From Cycas panzhihuaensis (lineage: Eukaryota; Plantae; Cycadophyta), in contig CM041465.1 of assembly GCA_023213395.1 (NCBI GenBank), positions 55,683,741 through 55,747,740 of the forward strand: a DNA stretch of 64,000 nt, in the 5' to 3' direction. The notes under the pieces were generated by a model. The model searched no databases and had not been told where the DNA came from. It was given only the letters and a program-made list of their open reading frames with translations. Made by a program: the position numbers and the translations under genes. Position 1 is the stretch's first letter. Each line of letters opens with the position of its first letter. Shown here piece after piece: positions 1-12,100 of this stretch.

Positions 1-59
1 TGGATTGTAAATAATTAAAATAGGCTTGGAATCCAACCATTTTTTGTTCTTTTAGTATT

Positions 60-384
60 TGTTAGAAAATGTGTCCATACCACCTAATGTAAAGTGGGTC
101 TCTCTATTTTTATGCCTAATTATGTGGAGGAATATCTAGGATTATGGTGACCTAATGGATATAATTGTAATTATGTTTGGCACTTTAGATCTATAAATAT
201 AGATCAAAGTCCAACTTTGTTGTAATATCATTTGGTCATAATGTAAAATATTATCATTTGTGGGTTTTCACTTATAAGGCTTTCCCATGGCAATCTAGTG
301 TCCTGTGCAATCTATTTCTACTTGATATCTACCTTATATGAAAGATCCTGTCGACCTTGTTTACTTCAATTGTGTTTTCTAACA
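60..384 (+). repeat. 5' LTR of element 1
   Basis: TG...CA ends with 10-bp TIR, TATA-like TATAAATAT, PBS immediately downstream. Confidence 0.9.
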
Positions 385-1980
385 TGGTATTAGAGCATGT
401 AGGCCGTGCATAGGCAGATGAACATTGTCGAAGGTCCAATCAATGGTGTCAGGTCATGTTGGCTTGCCCTAAGTGGATTGACATGACCGATGACCCTGTA
501 GAACAGCCACAGTAGTGAAGATGATCGATGGTGGATCCCATGAGCCTTCTATCATTGTTTGCAAGTACTCTGAGTTATATGGAGGTGTGTGCATAAGTTT
601 TAACTCCATTGCCAGCCATATGAATGTTGTTTGAGCATGTTGAAGGTGTCAGAACCCCATTTGACGATGCCACTGAGTTTGCATACCCTAGAGTCAATTG
701 CCATCCCTCTGTTATCGGTGGGAGAGTGTAGAAACCCTAGCAGACCTATTGCAAAGCCATGAAGTAATAAATATGGTTAATACAAAGGTATGCTCAATAT
801 ATATTTAATCTCCCATTTATAATTTTTAGGATTTGATTAAATATTATCACTCGTGTAGCTCTTTATCATCCGTGAAAGTTTTGAAATGATATTTTAGTCA
901 CTCGATCATATTTTTAGCTACGTTGATATATATTTCAGTTGTTGTTGAAAGCCTAAATGCATGTATATTAGCCATACGTGTTGATTTTATTCAGCTACTT
1001 AGGTAATGGTGATTGTGTCGCTACTCCATGTGATGATTCACCTACCAATGTTTGAATATATATATGTACTACTGTGTTGATATATTGTGTTTGATATTTC
1101 ACCGATCGTAGTTGATATTCTCTGGCCAACGTTCAATATATTAACATTACATCACTCAAATGCCTTACTTACGTAGATATATATAGTCATCCTCTGTGAT
1201 GATAATTATTTGCAGCCATATATATATGAGTTCGCCCATGATGGTGCCCCTCATTTTATATATTAAGCCACCATTTATCAATACTTAGTCGTCGTTGTAG
1301 TTTGCGTGAACCATTTTGTAATCATTTTCGTAATCTACACTGGTCGACATTGATAGCTGCTCTTGTATTTGTAGTCCGGCAATGTGATGTCTTCCGTAAG
1401 GCCATGGTTACGTGATGAAATCACGACTAGTTAAGTGATCGCCTTGCCACTGCGTATCCAGCCTCTTTATCCTAATCGCCCCCTTCGTTCTATTAATTCT
1501 GGCTGCTTGCATGATGATATACAACCTGCAAATTCTCCGTTGAGATAACCACTTGTATTAACATGACTGTCCATCATAAAATTGATTTCGAATCATATGT
1601 AAAGTTGCCAAGCCGTGTTATATAACTAAAATCGACCATGTGGTATATCAATGGTATATTGATATATTATTTAATGGATTTTGAATTATATTAAGTTGCC
1701 TTTGTAAGGAGCTTCTAATATATTTCTACTTTATGAAGTCATTTTTCTATATTGTGTAATATATTGATCATTTGGCTACCTTGTTATTACTTATTTCACA
1801 TTTTCTTGATCTGATTGATATTAAGGTACTTATTGAGGAGCCATTGTCTTGTTAATATATTAAGTGGCTGAAAATTACCTTAAGTATTTTGGATCAAGTA
1901 TGGTGATTGGTGGCAAAGTGATTATCGACATTATATTAGTCAATGCATGATCTTGTGCATGTGTTTTGCATAAGAGAGTT

Positions 1981-2271
1981 GTTGAGGCAATATTATGGTG
2001 TGTAGATAAGATGAAGAGAGTGCATTAAGCATGCTTCTTGTATGGGCAAAGTTGATGGAAAATTTATGGTGATGAGATGCTTGTTGCATGTGTATTACAT
2101 GGCAAGATTGGGCAAAAGTTAGGCAGGTTTTAAGGATGAGAGTAAGGGCGATGTTGTGCGAGTTTGAGGGCAAGTTTGAACGAGATACCTTAATTGCAAT
2201 TTAATGCAAACTCTATTATTGTTTGAGTGTGGCATAGATCATTGCACAAAGTTCATGTTTATGTGGTTGAT
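1981..2271 (+). pseudogene. Decayed PLS-class PPR (E/E+ C-terminal) gene fragment inside element 1
   Basis: Frameshifted peptides in canonical order: VEAIL..DKMKRV (1981-2022), AC(S)CMGKVDG (~2029-2059), MLVACVLHGK (2077-2106), DWAKVRQ (2106-2126), HKVHVYVVD (2245-2271). Recognised by eye only. Confidence 0.45.
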
Positions 2272-3687
2272 TCAATGAAAACAAGTGTGTTTTTATTCAG
2301 TATACATTCGAGTTTAGTTGCATCAAATGCATATGAGATGATGAGGTTCAGAATTTGCTTGTATGAATGGTTGTTAGACTAATGATAGCATGAGATTTGT
2401 GGCCTATTTGATGCCGATTCAATATGGGTGCATATCTGAACAAGTCTGATGTGGAACCGAGACATAGTGTTTGATAAATTTTAAGTGTGAATGGAAAGGT
2501 CTGAGACGAGTTGCCTTAAAATCAGTGATGCCTTTGTCATGGTATGTACAGTTGGCCTGTAAGGTTGCATTGTATGTGAGTATCATGATGTAGATGATGA
2601 GGTTTGGTGCATGTTATGGTTTGTCTCTCATGTTTTCTTGGAAGAAACTATAGCGCACAGGTATAGGTACCCCTATTGTGACTATTCGTGGCATATATTT
2701 TCCTCTTATTGTGTGTTTGGACCAAGTCCAAAGCCTTCCATTTGTTTTCTTTGATGCATTGGAGTGCACACACCTTAGACGAAGATTGTAACAATAGGAT
2801 TGTAAGCGGTTGAAGCATATGGGTTGTTTAGCTTACAAACAATGTGATCTGTAGGGAAAATGCATTGTGATCAATCTAGATATTCAATTCATGAGTTTAT
2901 GACGTATCATGCTGAGTGTCATTTGATTATAGGTTTTATCTTTCATTGCTTCACTTTTATGAGTCGTTGTTCAGTAGGTATGGAGGTTTGTTTGCCTAAC
3001 ATTGTGCTTGAGAAGGAAGCAAGACTTAGTGAGAGATTGATGATAAGGAGCTATTAGATGATGAGACATGGATTGCAACCCCATGTTCTGTTTACAATTG
3101 AAGACCTGCAGGATGATGGAAGACCATGGATCAGCATGCCAGTCAAAGCTTGAGATAGATACCAATGTTCTAGTGAGTGTTGAATCGCGATTGAGAGTTG
3201 TATTGAAGCAAAGAACCTAGTTGATTTGCAAGTTTAAAGACTTGTTGTACAAGTGATCTCTAGTAGGAAGATGGATTAAAGTATGATGAGACATTTAGCA
3301 CCAGTCTCTAGTTTATTGGCCTGTTTGATTCTTACTTCAGCAGCTTCAAATAGTTGGGTATCAAATCATATCATATCATATCAACGTTCCTTAATGAAGA
3401 CTTGAAGAGGCGATTCAAATGGCTTAAGTGGCTCAACCTCTTGGTTTAGTCAAAGAAATATGGCTGAGTTGAATGGACAAAGTGTCAGGTGCAGAAAGAG
3501 TCATATGGTTGCAGGTCTATTGGAGCATTTCCAAAGAATTGAATACATACGAGCCATGGCACCATTACATTCGATTGATGATCGCCACATCGACGTTCGT
3601 GCATATTAGGTTGGGTAAGGTTATCCTTGAAAGGGGAGTTATTCCCAATGATAATCCTTGTTGTCCCACATTTACATTAAAAGGGGA

Positions 3688-3828
3688 TGTTAGAAAATGT
3701 GTCTATACCACCTAATGTAAACAGGGTCTCCCTATTTTTATGCCTAATTATGTGGAGGAATATCCTTGATTGTGGTGACCTAATGGATGTAATTGTAATT
3801 ATATTCGGCACTTTAGATCTATAAATAT
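3688..3828 (+). repeat. Truncated 3' LTR of element 1
   Basis: Direct repeat of 60-~200, preceded by purine tract. Confidence 0.9.
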
Positions 3829-4288
3829 CCATTTCTGTGATTGCTACTTTTTCTAGGATTTATTGCAAGGTATAGTTTATGAGTGTATTCAACATTTGTA
3901 TTACCTTTTAAACTCCTTAATTAATCGGTTTAACTATGTCTTTTAAACTTAGGGTTGATTTTCCACCATCTCTTTAGCATTCATTAGGCTTATGATGGTA
4001 TATGTATGATTTCACAAAGTGACTCTCATGATTAGTGAGTTAATATATATTCATATTGTAACATTTTGAATCTAAGTTAATATTAATCCTACACATTATT
4101 TTAATGATATATATTCATTAAGGTTATTTGAATTATGTTATCTGCTTTGACATTATTTATTTTATGTTTTCTATGGCAACACCATGGTAAAATAATAATC
4201 ACTATCATTTGAAATAGAAAATTTTTTTACTATACACTCATACGTAAACCCTTCGAGAGCAGATTAGGTCACTTGCAAAGCTGACTTG

Positions 4289-4541
4289 GCTCTGATACAA
4301 TGTTGAATTTAGTACACCCAGAGAAAAATAAGAATGAGTGAGAAGATGATCACTTGCATTACAACGAGAGCTTGTACATACCTATATAGTGAGTGACTAA
4401 CATAAACAAGGTTAGGGTTAGCGACTAACACTTAATGTTAGTTAACCTAGCATAAAATTACAATGACTAACATAAAGTTGCCATGGTTAATATAATGTTA
4501 CAAGTATTAATACAATGAGGAGATGACATTATATTCTAACA
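4289..4541 (-). mobile_element. Orphan 5' LTR plus PBS of a Copia-like element
   Basis: GCTCTGATACAA 4289-4300 is the reverse complement of the iMet PBS (1 mismatch). It abuts TGTTGAA...TTCTAACA 4301-4541, which contains GACTAACA repeats. Confidence 0.7.
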
Positions 4542-5115
4542 CCTATGAGCTCTAGTGGATGATCGTGTCTCATAGCGGATGATTACCTATGTTCCAATTG
4601 ATGTTTGTGACCTCATATAGACTTCATCCTCATTGTGGAAATTGTGGATGTGTATTCAATGTGACCATGGGTTATTCAATCTTTTATATGATGATGACGT
4701 TGTCAGTTATGTTATGGTTGTTCTACCATGTAATAAATGGTATGTACAAGTGACCTAATGAAGTAGTTAAGGACAAAAAAAAAAAAAAACAACAAAAGGA
4801 GGCGACTCCACAAAAGATAGTGCAACAAAGTAGATAGAATAAGACAAATGGAAAGAGGTGACTTGTTAAAACATAAAAAAAAAGGTACATCAAGAAGAGA
4901 TAGATGACCCAGGGAGAGAAGTACACCATCAAAAGTTGTCTTAGCAGATCATAGTCAAACTCTGATGTCATTATGATAAGGCTTGTTAAAAAAACAAGGT
5001 CACCTATGTATCAAAATATTGTTGATTTCAAAATTTTGGGGGAGATGAAGGATTTGAAAAAATTTTAAAATTTTGGAACAAGTGAGGACAATCATTGGTT
5101 TTGTGATGGGGGAGA

Positions 5116-5850
5116 TGTGTGTGGGTGAAAATGGACATAGATTTTTGAGGAAAGTTGAGTTTGCAACCAAAGAATGATTGAAAAATCACAAGTGAAGTGC
5201 GACTAGATCATAGTTGCAAGTGCGGCCAAATCGTGATTGTAGTCACAAGTGCAACTGGGTTGCAATTGGAATATCAAGTGGTACCAACTCATATTCATCG
5301 GATAATTGCGACTGGATCACAATCGTAGTGGGAAGTACAACTAGGTCGCAATCAAAGAACAATTGTGACCGGGTCACAATTAGAGCATGATCGAGACCCT
5401 AGATTATAATTATGACGGCTAATGTAATTATTGTTAATGTTAACAAATTGTTACTAATAAGTTAGTTGGGAGTTTGATGGAAATTAGTTGGAAGTTAGTT
5501 GAGAGTTAGTTGGGAAATGGTTAGTGGGGAAGATTATAAAAGAATATTGGATGCATCTGGTGGATACATGAGAGTGCATTAGGCTTTCCCTCATTTTTTC
5601 CATTGTATCTGTCATTGCATATTGGGTTGAGGGTTCTTCATTTCTTGTAATTCGAGCCTATGCCGGACCCTTCTTGGGTCAGTGTAGTCCCCTTCTTGGT
5701 AATAAAGTAAAGTTTGCCTCAATCTATTCTGTAATGTACTTATGCTTCTATGTTGGTAATATAAGCATGTTGTCTTTGTAATATGATTGTTATTCTCCTG
5801 TGTGTTTTCTTCTTGCTCAGGTTTTGTTGAAGGCAAGGGGAGAGCACACA
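5116..5850 (+). mobile_element. Probable 3' LTR of a truncated LTR retrotransposon
   Basis: GGGGGAGA purine tract directly before TGTGTG (second copy ~5038), ends CACACA at 5850. Degenerate ~20-30 bp repeats 5190-5400, AGTTAGTTGG repeats 5460-5530, TATAAAAG ~5536. Confidence 0.6.
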
Positions 5851-5879
5851 AAAGGCTTAGATGGCATTGAAAGGTCCCT

Positions 5880-6500
5880 TGGTAGTTATGGTTTGGTTAG
5901 AAACTACCATGACAAAGATAGCTAGGGTCCTTTGGGCCTCAAGAATACATTCTTACCCTCCTAAGAGTCTTGGGCTCTTCTCTATGAAAGAATTTTAGTA
6001 ATATAACCAATGTTGATTGATACTTAGCACATAGGTCTCTAGAAACCATCCATTTACTTATTGATCTTGTGGCCTATTCGCCTTTGGCATTGCTCCTCAA
6101 ATGTTGGCTACATGTTAGGGCAACTTACAACATATACAACATTTGCACAATATTCACACCAAATGTAGCCAACCATCAAGCATATACATTGCACAAGATA
6201 TTTCCTCATAACTTGTTATTTTATTAATCAACACTGAGTACAATGCCTTTTGGTCTCTATAGTTGAGAATATTAGATCAGACTCGTCATTTGACTCTCAC
6301 GATTGGACAAACAATAGAAATGACTTCATTACACTCTTCCCATAGCCAAACACCCAAAAGGTTGGACTTTACAATATACCCTCTATCTTTTCATAACAAA
6401 ACCCTAATTACTCTTAGTAACACATGCCTTTTTTGTACATTTGTACAACCATATGATTTATCTTGAAACCATATTCTTAGTTGGCGTAGAACTATTCCCT
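5880..6500 (-). mobile_element. Highly degraded Gypsy pol (RNase H/integrase) remnant
   Basis: Weak minus-strand resemblance to the integrase Zn-finger and SMDFI-LP region; many stops. Confidence 0.25.
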
Positions 6501-7499
6501 ATTAACCATTCCACCATTCCTCAAAATTGTTCTCCATCTCTGTGAGCCATTCACCCTTCTGCGATACACTAAAAACAATTTCATGAGAGCTAGAATGTCG
6601 AATCGTAACCATTCCAATCATTCTTGAACCATTCGCAGTCATTCCACTGTATTTTCTTGTGAATTCTCTCTCAATTTTATCATTTCTACTACTAGAGCCA
6701 TTCCTAGAATTGTTCCCTAATGTCTAAATGCCAAATCTTTTGCATATAGTCTCTACTTGTATGATTAGTCCACATAGTGAATAAAGATGTTCTCACTAAG
6801 CTCTTGAGAAAAGTCAACCTTAGAACAAGTCTTATTATGGGCCCCAATCCTACTTGCTAGTCCTTCTTGTGAAGCAAGCTCTAGTTTATTTATAAGTGAT
6901 CATGCTAGAAAAGCTTAGCCCTAAGAAAATTTGTGAGCTTGTAGAGTTGTCCATGTTTCTTTTGATGTATAAGATAGTTGAGGGTCTTAGATTACTATAT
7001 GTTGCCCCAATCTTTTCTAATAGGATTTTGATGTTTCCTTTTGTTTTCCATGGTAGTTGATCTGTTCCTTACCTTCTTCTCTATGATCTCTAGTAGCTAG
7101 CTTTTGACTAAATTCTCGTGAAGTCCTAGTTTATTCATGAGTGCTTATGTTAGAATTCCAAGTATTTGTTTTCAAAGTTCTTGGTCATTGGAACATTAGT
7201 GCATTCTACAATCAAGTGGAAGGGGACAGGGATTAGCCCTGTTTTTAAGTAAAATTACATTACTTTTATTTAGTTTAGATTGCTGGAAAGTTAAGTCTTT
7301 AATTTGATTATGCAAGCTAGTTTCTTCTTTTTCAAAATCTAGTTGTTGACGCAATATAATTTTAGCTTCATATTAAAAAAATATCAAAATCTGATTGTTG
7401 ATACATTGTTTCTTAGATTTTTGAAGCAAGTGTTCCCTGCCATCTTTCAGCACCTATGACATCATTATTTCAGTAATACTATAATTGATCTAGAAGTAC

Positions 7500-8330
7500 T
7501 AACATCCGCTCAAAATCGCCCCTAGCCTTTGGTTTGATTGCTCTTGGTTTGGGTTTCACACATTGCTTGGATTTTAGATGGTTTTAAATCAAGTTACTGA
7601 TAATCCGTTTTCTCGTTTCATTGTTTCTATTTTCAATGCTTTCACACTAATTAGGGTTTCACTTGGGATAAAATTCTAGTTGGTTCTCACAGTGCAGTTT
7701 CCTGACTAGTTTAAGAGCTGCATTCACTTCAGAGCATTGGTTAAGTGACCATTGCATACAAAAAATGGGGCTCCTATAACCACATAGGCAACTCTCATTT
7801 CACTGTGACCCCCCTTGTATATGTGTGTGTGTGTGTGTGTATGCAAACTATAGTTCCCTTTGACTTTTCCAGATCTGCAAAGATGAGATGTCCTCTCTTG
7901 TCAAGGTATGTTTATTATCACACATCTAACTGTCTCAATTTGTAGGCCATTTTAGTTAGCCCTGATATTTCAGATGGGCTGTTTTAACTCTGTGCCAACA
8001 AGTTTAGGCAGTTATGGTTGAGGTGTGGGTTTATCATTGATGACTTCTTTCCGGTATAATGTATTCCTTTTGATTTCAAGACTCTCAAGGTTTTGGAGTT
8101 TTCTGTAACATGTATCTGTGTTTCAGGTCGCAAGCTGTGTCCCAAATCTGCTTGTCTTGTGCATTTGAAACCATCTGATGGCTGTACTTTTTGATCTGTT
8201 ATGTTCTTTGATTATGGGATAATCAGCCTGTGGAGGTCTTGTGACATCATAGCTGGTTGTTCAGATCATAACCTCTGCTCCCATTGCTGCCGCCTGCATG
8301 ATCCGACAAAAGGAAAGGAGAGAGAGAGAG
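7500..8330 (+). ncRNA. Candidate spliced non-coding transcript convergent with the VPE gene
   Basis: Chain of plausible GT-AG introns 7740-7872, 7906-7973, 8023-8126 (plus acceptor at 7692). Telo-box TTAGGGTTT ~7651, CpG retained near 7510. Joined exons give no long ORF. Ends are guesses. Confidence 0.3.
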
Positions 8331-8972
8331 AGAGAGAGTCTATTATATCATAAATGACACAAAAAGGGAAAACGATATTTTGAGAGAATCTTGAAGCCAT
8401 TTGCTGCATAATTTTTAAAAAGTAGGAAATGCCAGAATATATAAATATGAAAAAGAGAATTGGGAAAAATATGAAGCAAGTACTAAACAGAAAATTATAG
8501 AATGTCATGCCCAGATATTGCTCTCCACACTGTCAGCATTCACAGGTGGCAATTTGAATTTCAAATATATCAAAGAAAACATTCATTTTATATTGCCTAG
8601 GGTTTCTGATTACAAAAGTCCTTTAGGACACTCAATTCCAAAGGAGGTTAAAATAAGACCCCGCAATAAGACCCCTCAACCATATTGAATAGCAACGCTT
8701 TCCAATAGAGAGATCACCGTGAACAGAGCTTGGACAGCCATAAAGCCAAGAGCTGGAATGATAATAGAAAATAATCCAAAAGCTAAGACACTGATCGAGA
8801 GTGTATATAAATATATCTAAATACATGGTTTAAATAAATACATCTGAGCATGGCACATTCTTTTGGCCTTCATCAACGATCTAAGCCATAATAGCATAAC
8901 AATTTCACATATGTACGAGACACTCCACCCCATAATTCGGATTCTGGACTCAGCCCGTCTAGAATAATATGA

Positions 8973-9155
8973 TCAAGCACTGTACCCTCCTTGGAGTGAA
9001 CTCCAGAACCCTGATGGAATTTGAGCGCATGCTTCAGCAGAAACTGCGCTCATAGAATCCGCCGTAACACCTCGGTTACAGATATTTGCTAGAGCACGCA
9101 TGTGTTTCAAGCCATACTGGGCAAGTGATCCACAATGGGATTCGAATGTGCGAAC
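8973..9155 (-). CDS. VPE: VPE exon 9
   Basis: [27 protein letters not shown]...GGYSA-stop; 183 nt. Confidence 0.96.
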   Translation of the reverse strand, partial: VRTFESHCGSLAQYGLKHMRALANICNRGVTADSMSAVSAEACAQIPSGFWSSLQGGYSA

Positions 9156-12100
9156 CTGTCATATGCGAGAAGCGTTAGCAGCGGCCATTAAGGTGTGCAC
9201 CGACTAGAATCCTTCCCTATTGCTCAGTATCAAACCTTATACTACTTACAACCGGTAGAACGTAAGCAAGGAGCAGCCTTGGGAGGGTATTTCATGATTT
9301 TTTCGCCCCTGTATTTATTTGTAGAACTGGGGAAGTACAAACAGAGGAAGATCGAATAGTAATGGGGATAAAATGTTACCATTGTTTTAAGGCAGTCCCA
9401 GTCATCCACCAATGCCTGCCCTGGGGGTCGCACGGCTTTCAACACAGCAGGACCCATTTCTGATCCAAACAACAGCTCTCCAATAATCTTTACACTTCTG
9501 TCTACATGCACCCGATGTGTCATTAATTCCACCATCTCTTTCTGAGCGTCCAGCTTTTCGGGGGAGTCGTCCTTGTATCTTTTATACTACATATGTAAAA
9601 CACAAAGAAATAGCTCTCATAATTAATATAGCTATAGATTGTAAGAGTGGTAACTACTCCACTCGTTCCCTGTCATCCGAACGGTGTAATACGGTAACAC
9701 CGATGAAAAATTTGAAACATGCCAGAGCTTATTTAAATAGCAGCTATTATTATCTGACAAAAACAAGGTAACCACAACTGAAGAAGCCAGCATAACGATT
9801 ATAAGGATTACTGGATCATCGTACTATAGATTCAATATGATTCCAGCTACCAACCTTTTGCCACAGGTAAAGGAGATCTGCATCTCTCTGGTTGACAGCT
9901 CTAACATCCTTCTCTTGCAAAACTTGGGGCAAATCGTTCTCATTGGCAGAAGTAACGTTGGCATTGGCGGGGTCAAATCCCAGGTACAAGGACAATGGTT
10001 CCTTGCTGATAAGTATGTCGCCATATTGCATCACATGGGAGCCCATGTCATATGTATTGTTGTTGGATGTCCTATCCCTCACCTGTAAAATGTCTGGCTT
10101 AGCAACACTCCAACATAAAATAGTATTAAACATGACTGATATGGATCTCTATTTCTATGAAGTCGACCGAAGGAATTGAAAATATCAGGCTGCTACCGTG
10201 TTTTGCAACATTAAGCATTCATAAATATTTGCACGTTTAAGGATATGGCTATCTAGTGTTGCACTCTGTCGTAAATCTATAATATCAGCATGAAAGATGC
10301 AGTGCTGATCTTAGATGTGTGCCTCCAGTTCAGTAAGGGAAAAAGATACTCAGCTGGCAATAACATAGAAACGTATGAGTTTCATGGTACATGTGGATCA
10401 CTGAGGCACTACATGGATAAGAGCTCTCTCTCTCTCTCTTACATACACACACACATATATATATGATCGAATGATTTAAACTAATTAGTGATGGAATGAC
10501 AGAGAGCCTTACAGGCAGAAACTACAAATCGCCCAAATATAAGCCTTGAAACACTCTACCTCCAATATTAGAGGACAACCTCATATCAAGAATCGATATG
10601 GACGCACTAATCTTCTATCAGTAGGACGCAGGATACCTATATCTCAAGAGAACTAATAAAAAATGGTTAAGAGCAGGAAACCGAGCTCTGGAATCTTGTT
10701 AGCAGGTGCATCCAACTATGACATTAAGGCCTATACTTTTGGGGATTCAGAATTGGGACAAGTGGATGGAAATGCGATCACTAATTCACATCAACGGATA
10801 GAGGAACACGACCAAATTCTTATTGGAAACTGACATTCCTGTACATAAACTACCTGAATATCGTTCATTCTAAAATTCCATTTCTGGGAGTTGACTACAC
10901 TTACCGAAACATACTGCTGATTTAAGGTTTCCACCAGCAAATTGTGCGCTTCACTGCCAACACAATAAGTGACAATCAAATTTACAATTGGCTATAGTCT
11001 GAAGAATTTTTGTTGGGCTTTATACAAATTTGAGCTATAAAAAAATTGCAGTGGAGACGGCCAAACCTGTCCTCCATCCAAGCCACACTATACAGATCTC
11101 CAAGGCAGATGTCATATTCAAGAGGAGGAGGAGGCCTCATTCCAGGACAGTAGGTTCCCCAGCTGCTTTCCTCTGCATTTGATGCTGTTGTAACATAAAT
11201 ATTCATACCCTCTGCAAGTAGTCCCTCGAAAATGCTTCCACTTTCACATGCTTCAACATAAATTACCTGATTGTTCAAACAAGTTATGTTAGCGGTTTTA
11301 TGATACTGACTCCGGGGCTTCAAATATTCTCCCAAGCTGCTACCAGGGATTCTTCAATCATAAGACATACAGCGCATCTAGACTCAATTGTCAGATTTAC
11401 CCAACTCTGCAATGACCACAAAAGTTGGCCATATATAAGAACACAAGCACTATAACCAAAGCAAACCCCTGCAAGCCGATTTCCCATGGTGATTGATAAC
11501 CCTGCTACCCTTAGCAGAGTACATCCAGCTGCGGTTGTGATGACTATATAGTACCGTGTGGAAGTGGTGTAATTCCATGAGAAATTAAATTAGTCCTCTG
11601 ATGTGGGGTAGTGTCGTAACTCCACAAGCCTGCTCCTTCGGATTAATGAAGATGCTAAAAACTGAAAGTAACAAAGAAACTGATGGCTTTTGCCTTTTGT
11701 CTTACATGGCTCTACTCACCATTTGTTTGTAGGTGCCAGCAGCATATTTTTGTTTCAACACTTCATTGAAATCATCTGCAAAAAGATTCGGACGAGTAGG
11801 CATTCCTGCAACCCATTTTCATCAACCACACGAATAAATCCTCAGAAGCATGAAACTTAACATGTTGACTAACAATATAAAACAAATGAAAGTTGGCATG
11901 AGAATAATCTGCCGAGTCACTTTTGCAGAAACATGTATAAGAGAGGCTTGCAGGGGATATATTTAATAAAATATGTGTAATGTATATTATGGATCTAGGT
12001 GTTAAAAGGGCCTAGTTTCCCAAAGAGATGCATCGTCCCCTCTGAACTGGGTCCTATGCTAACCGTACAGAATTGAACAGGTAAGGACGGAGAGGCAAAA

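Larger units (their letters stand above)
60..3828 (+). mobile_element. Non-autonomous Copia-derived LTR retrotransposon (element 1), 3' LTR truncated
   Basis: 5' LTR 60-384 has 10-bp terminal inverted repeats (TGTTAGAAAA...TTTTCTAACA). PBS TGGTATTAGAGC 385-396 (tRNA-iMet type). Purine tract ~3678-3687. Second LTR copy 3688-3828 (11 mismatches in ~141 bp by eye) stops just after TATAAATAT. No intact internal ORF. Confidence 0.85.

Noticed and set aside
5190-5400. Repeat array superficially like CRISPR
   Set aside because: Eukaryotic LTR context, degenerate units, no unique spacers or cas genes
8221-8311. Two adjacent hairpins; partial miR167-like GCATGATC; ACA after second stem
   Set aside because: Second hairpin pairs only ~10-12 bp, no miRNA duplex, no H box between stems
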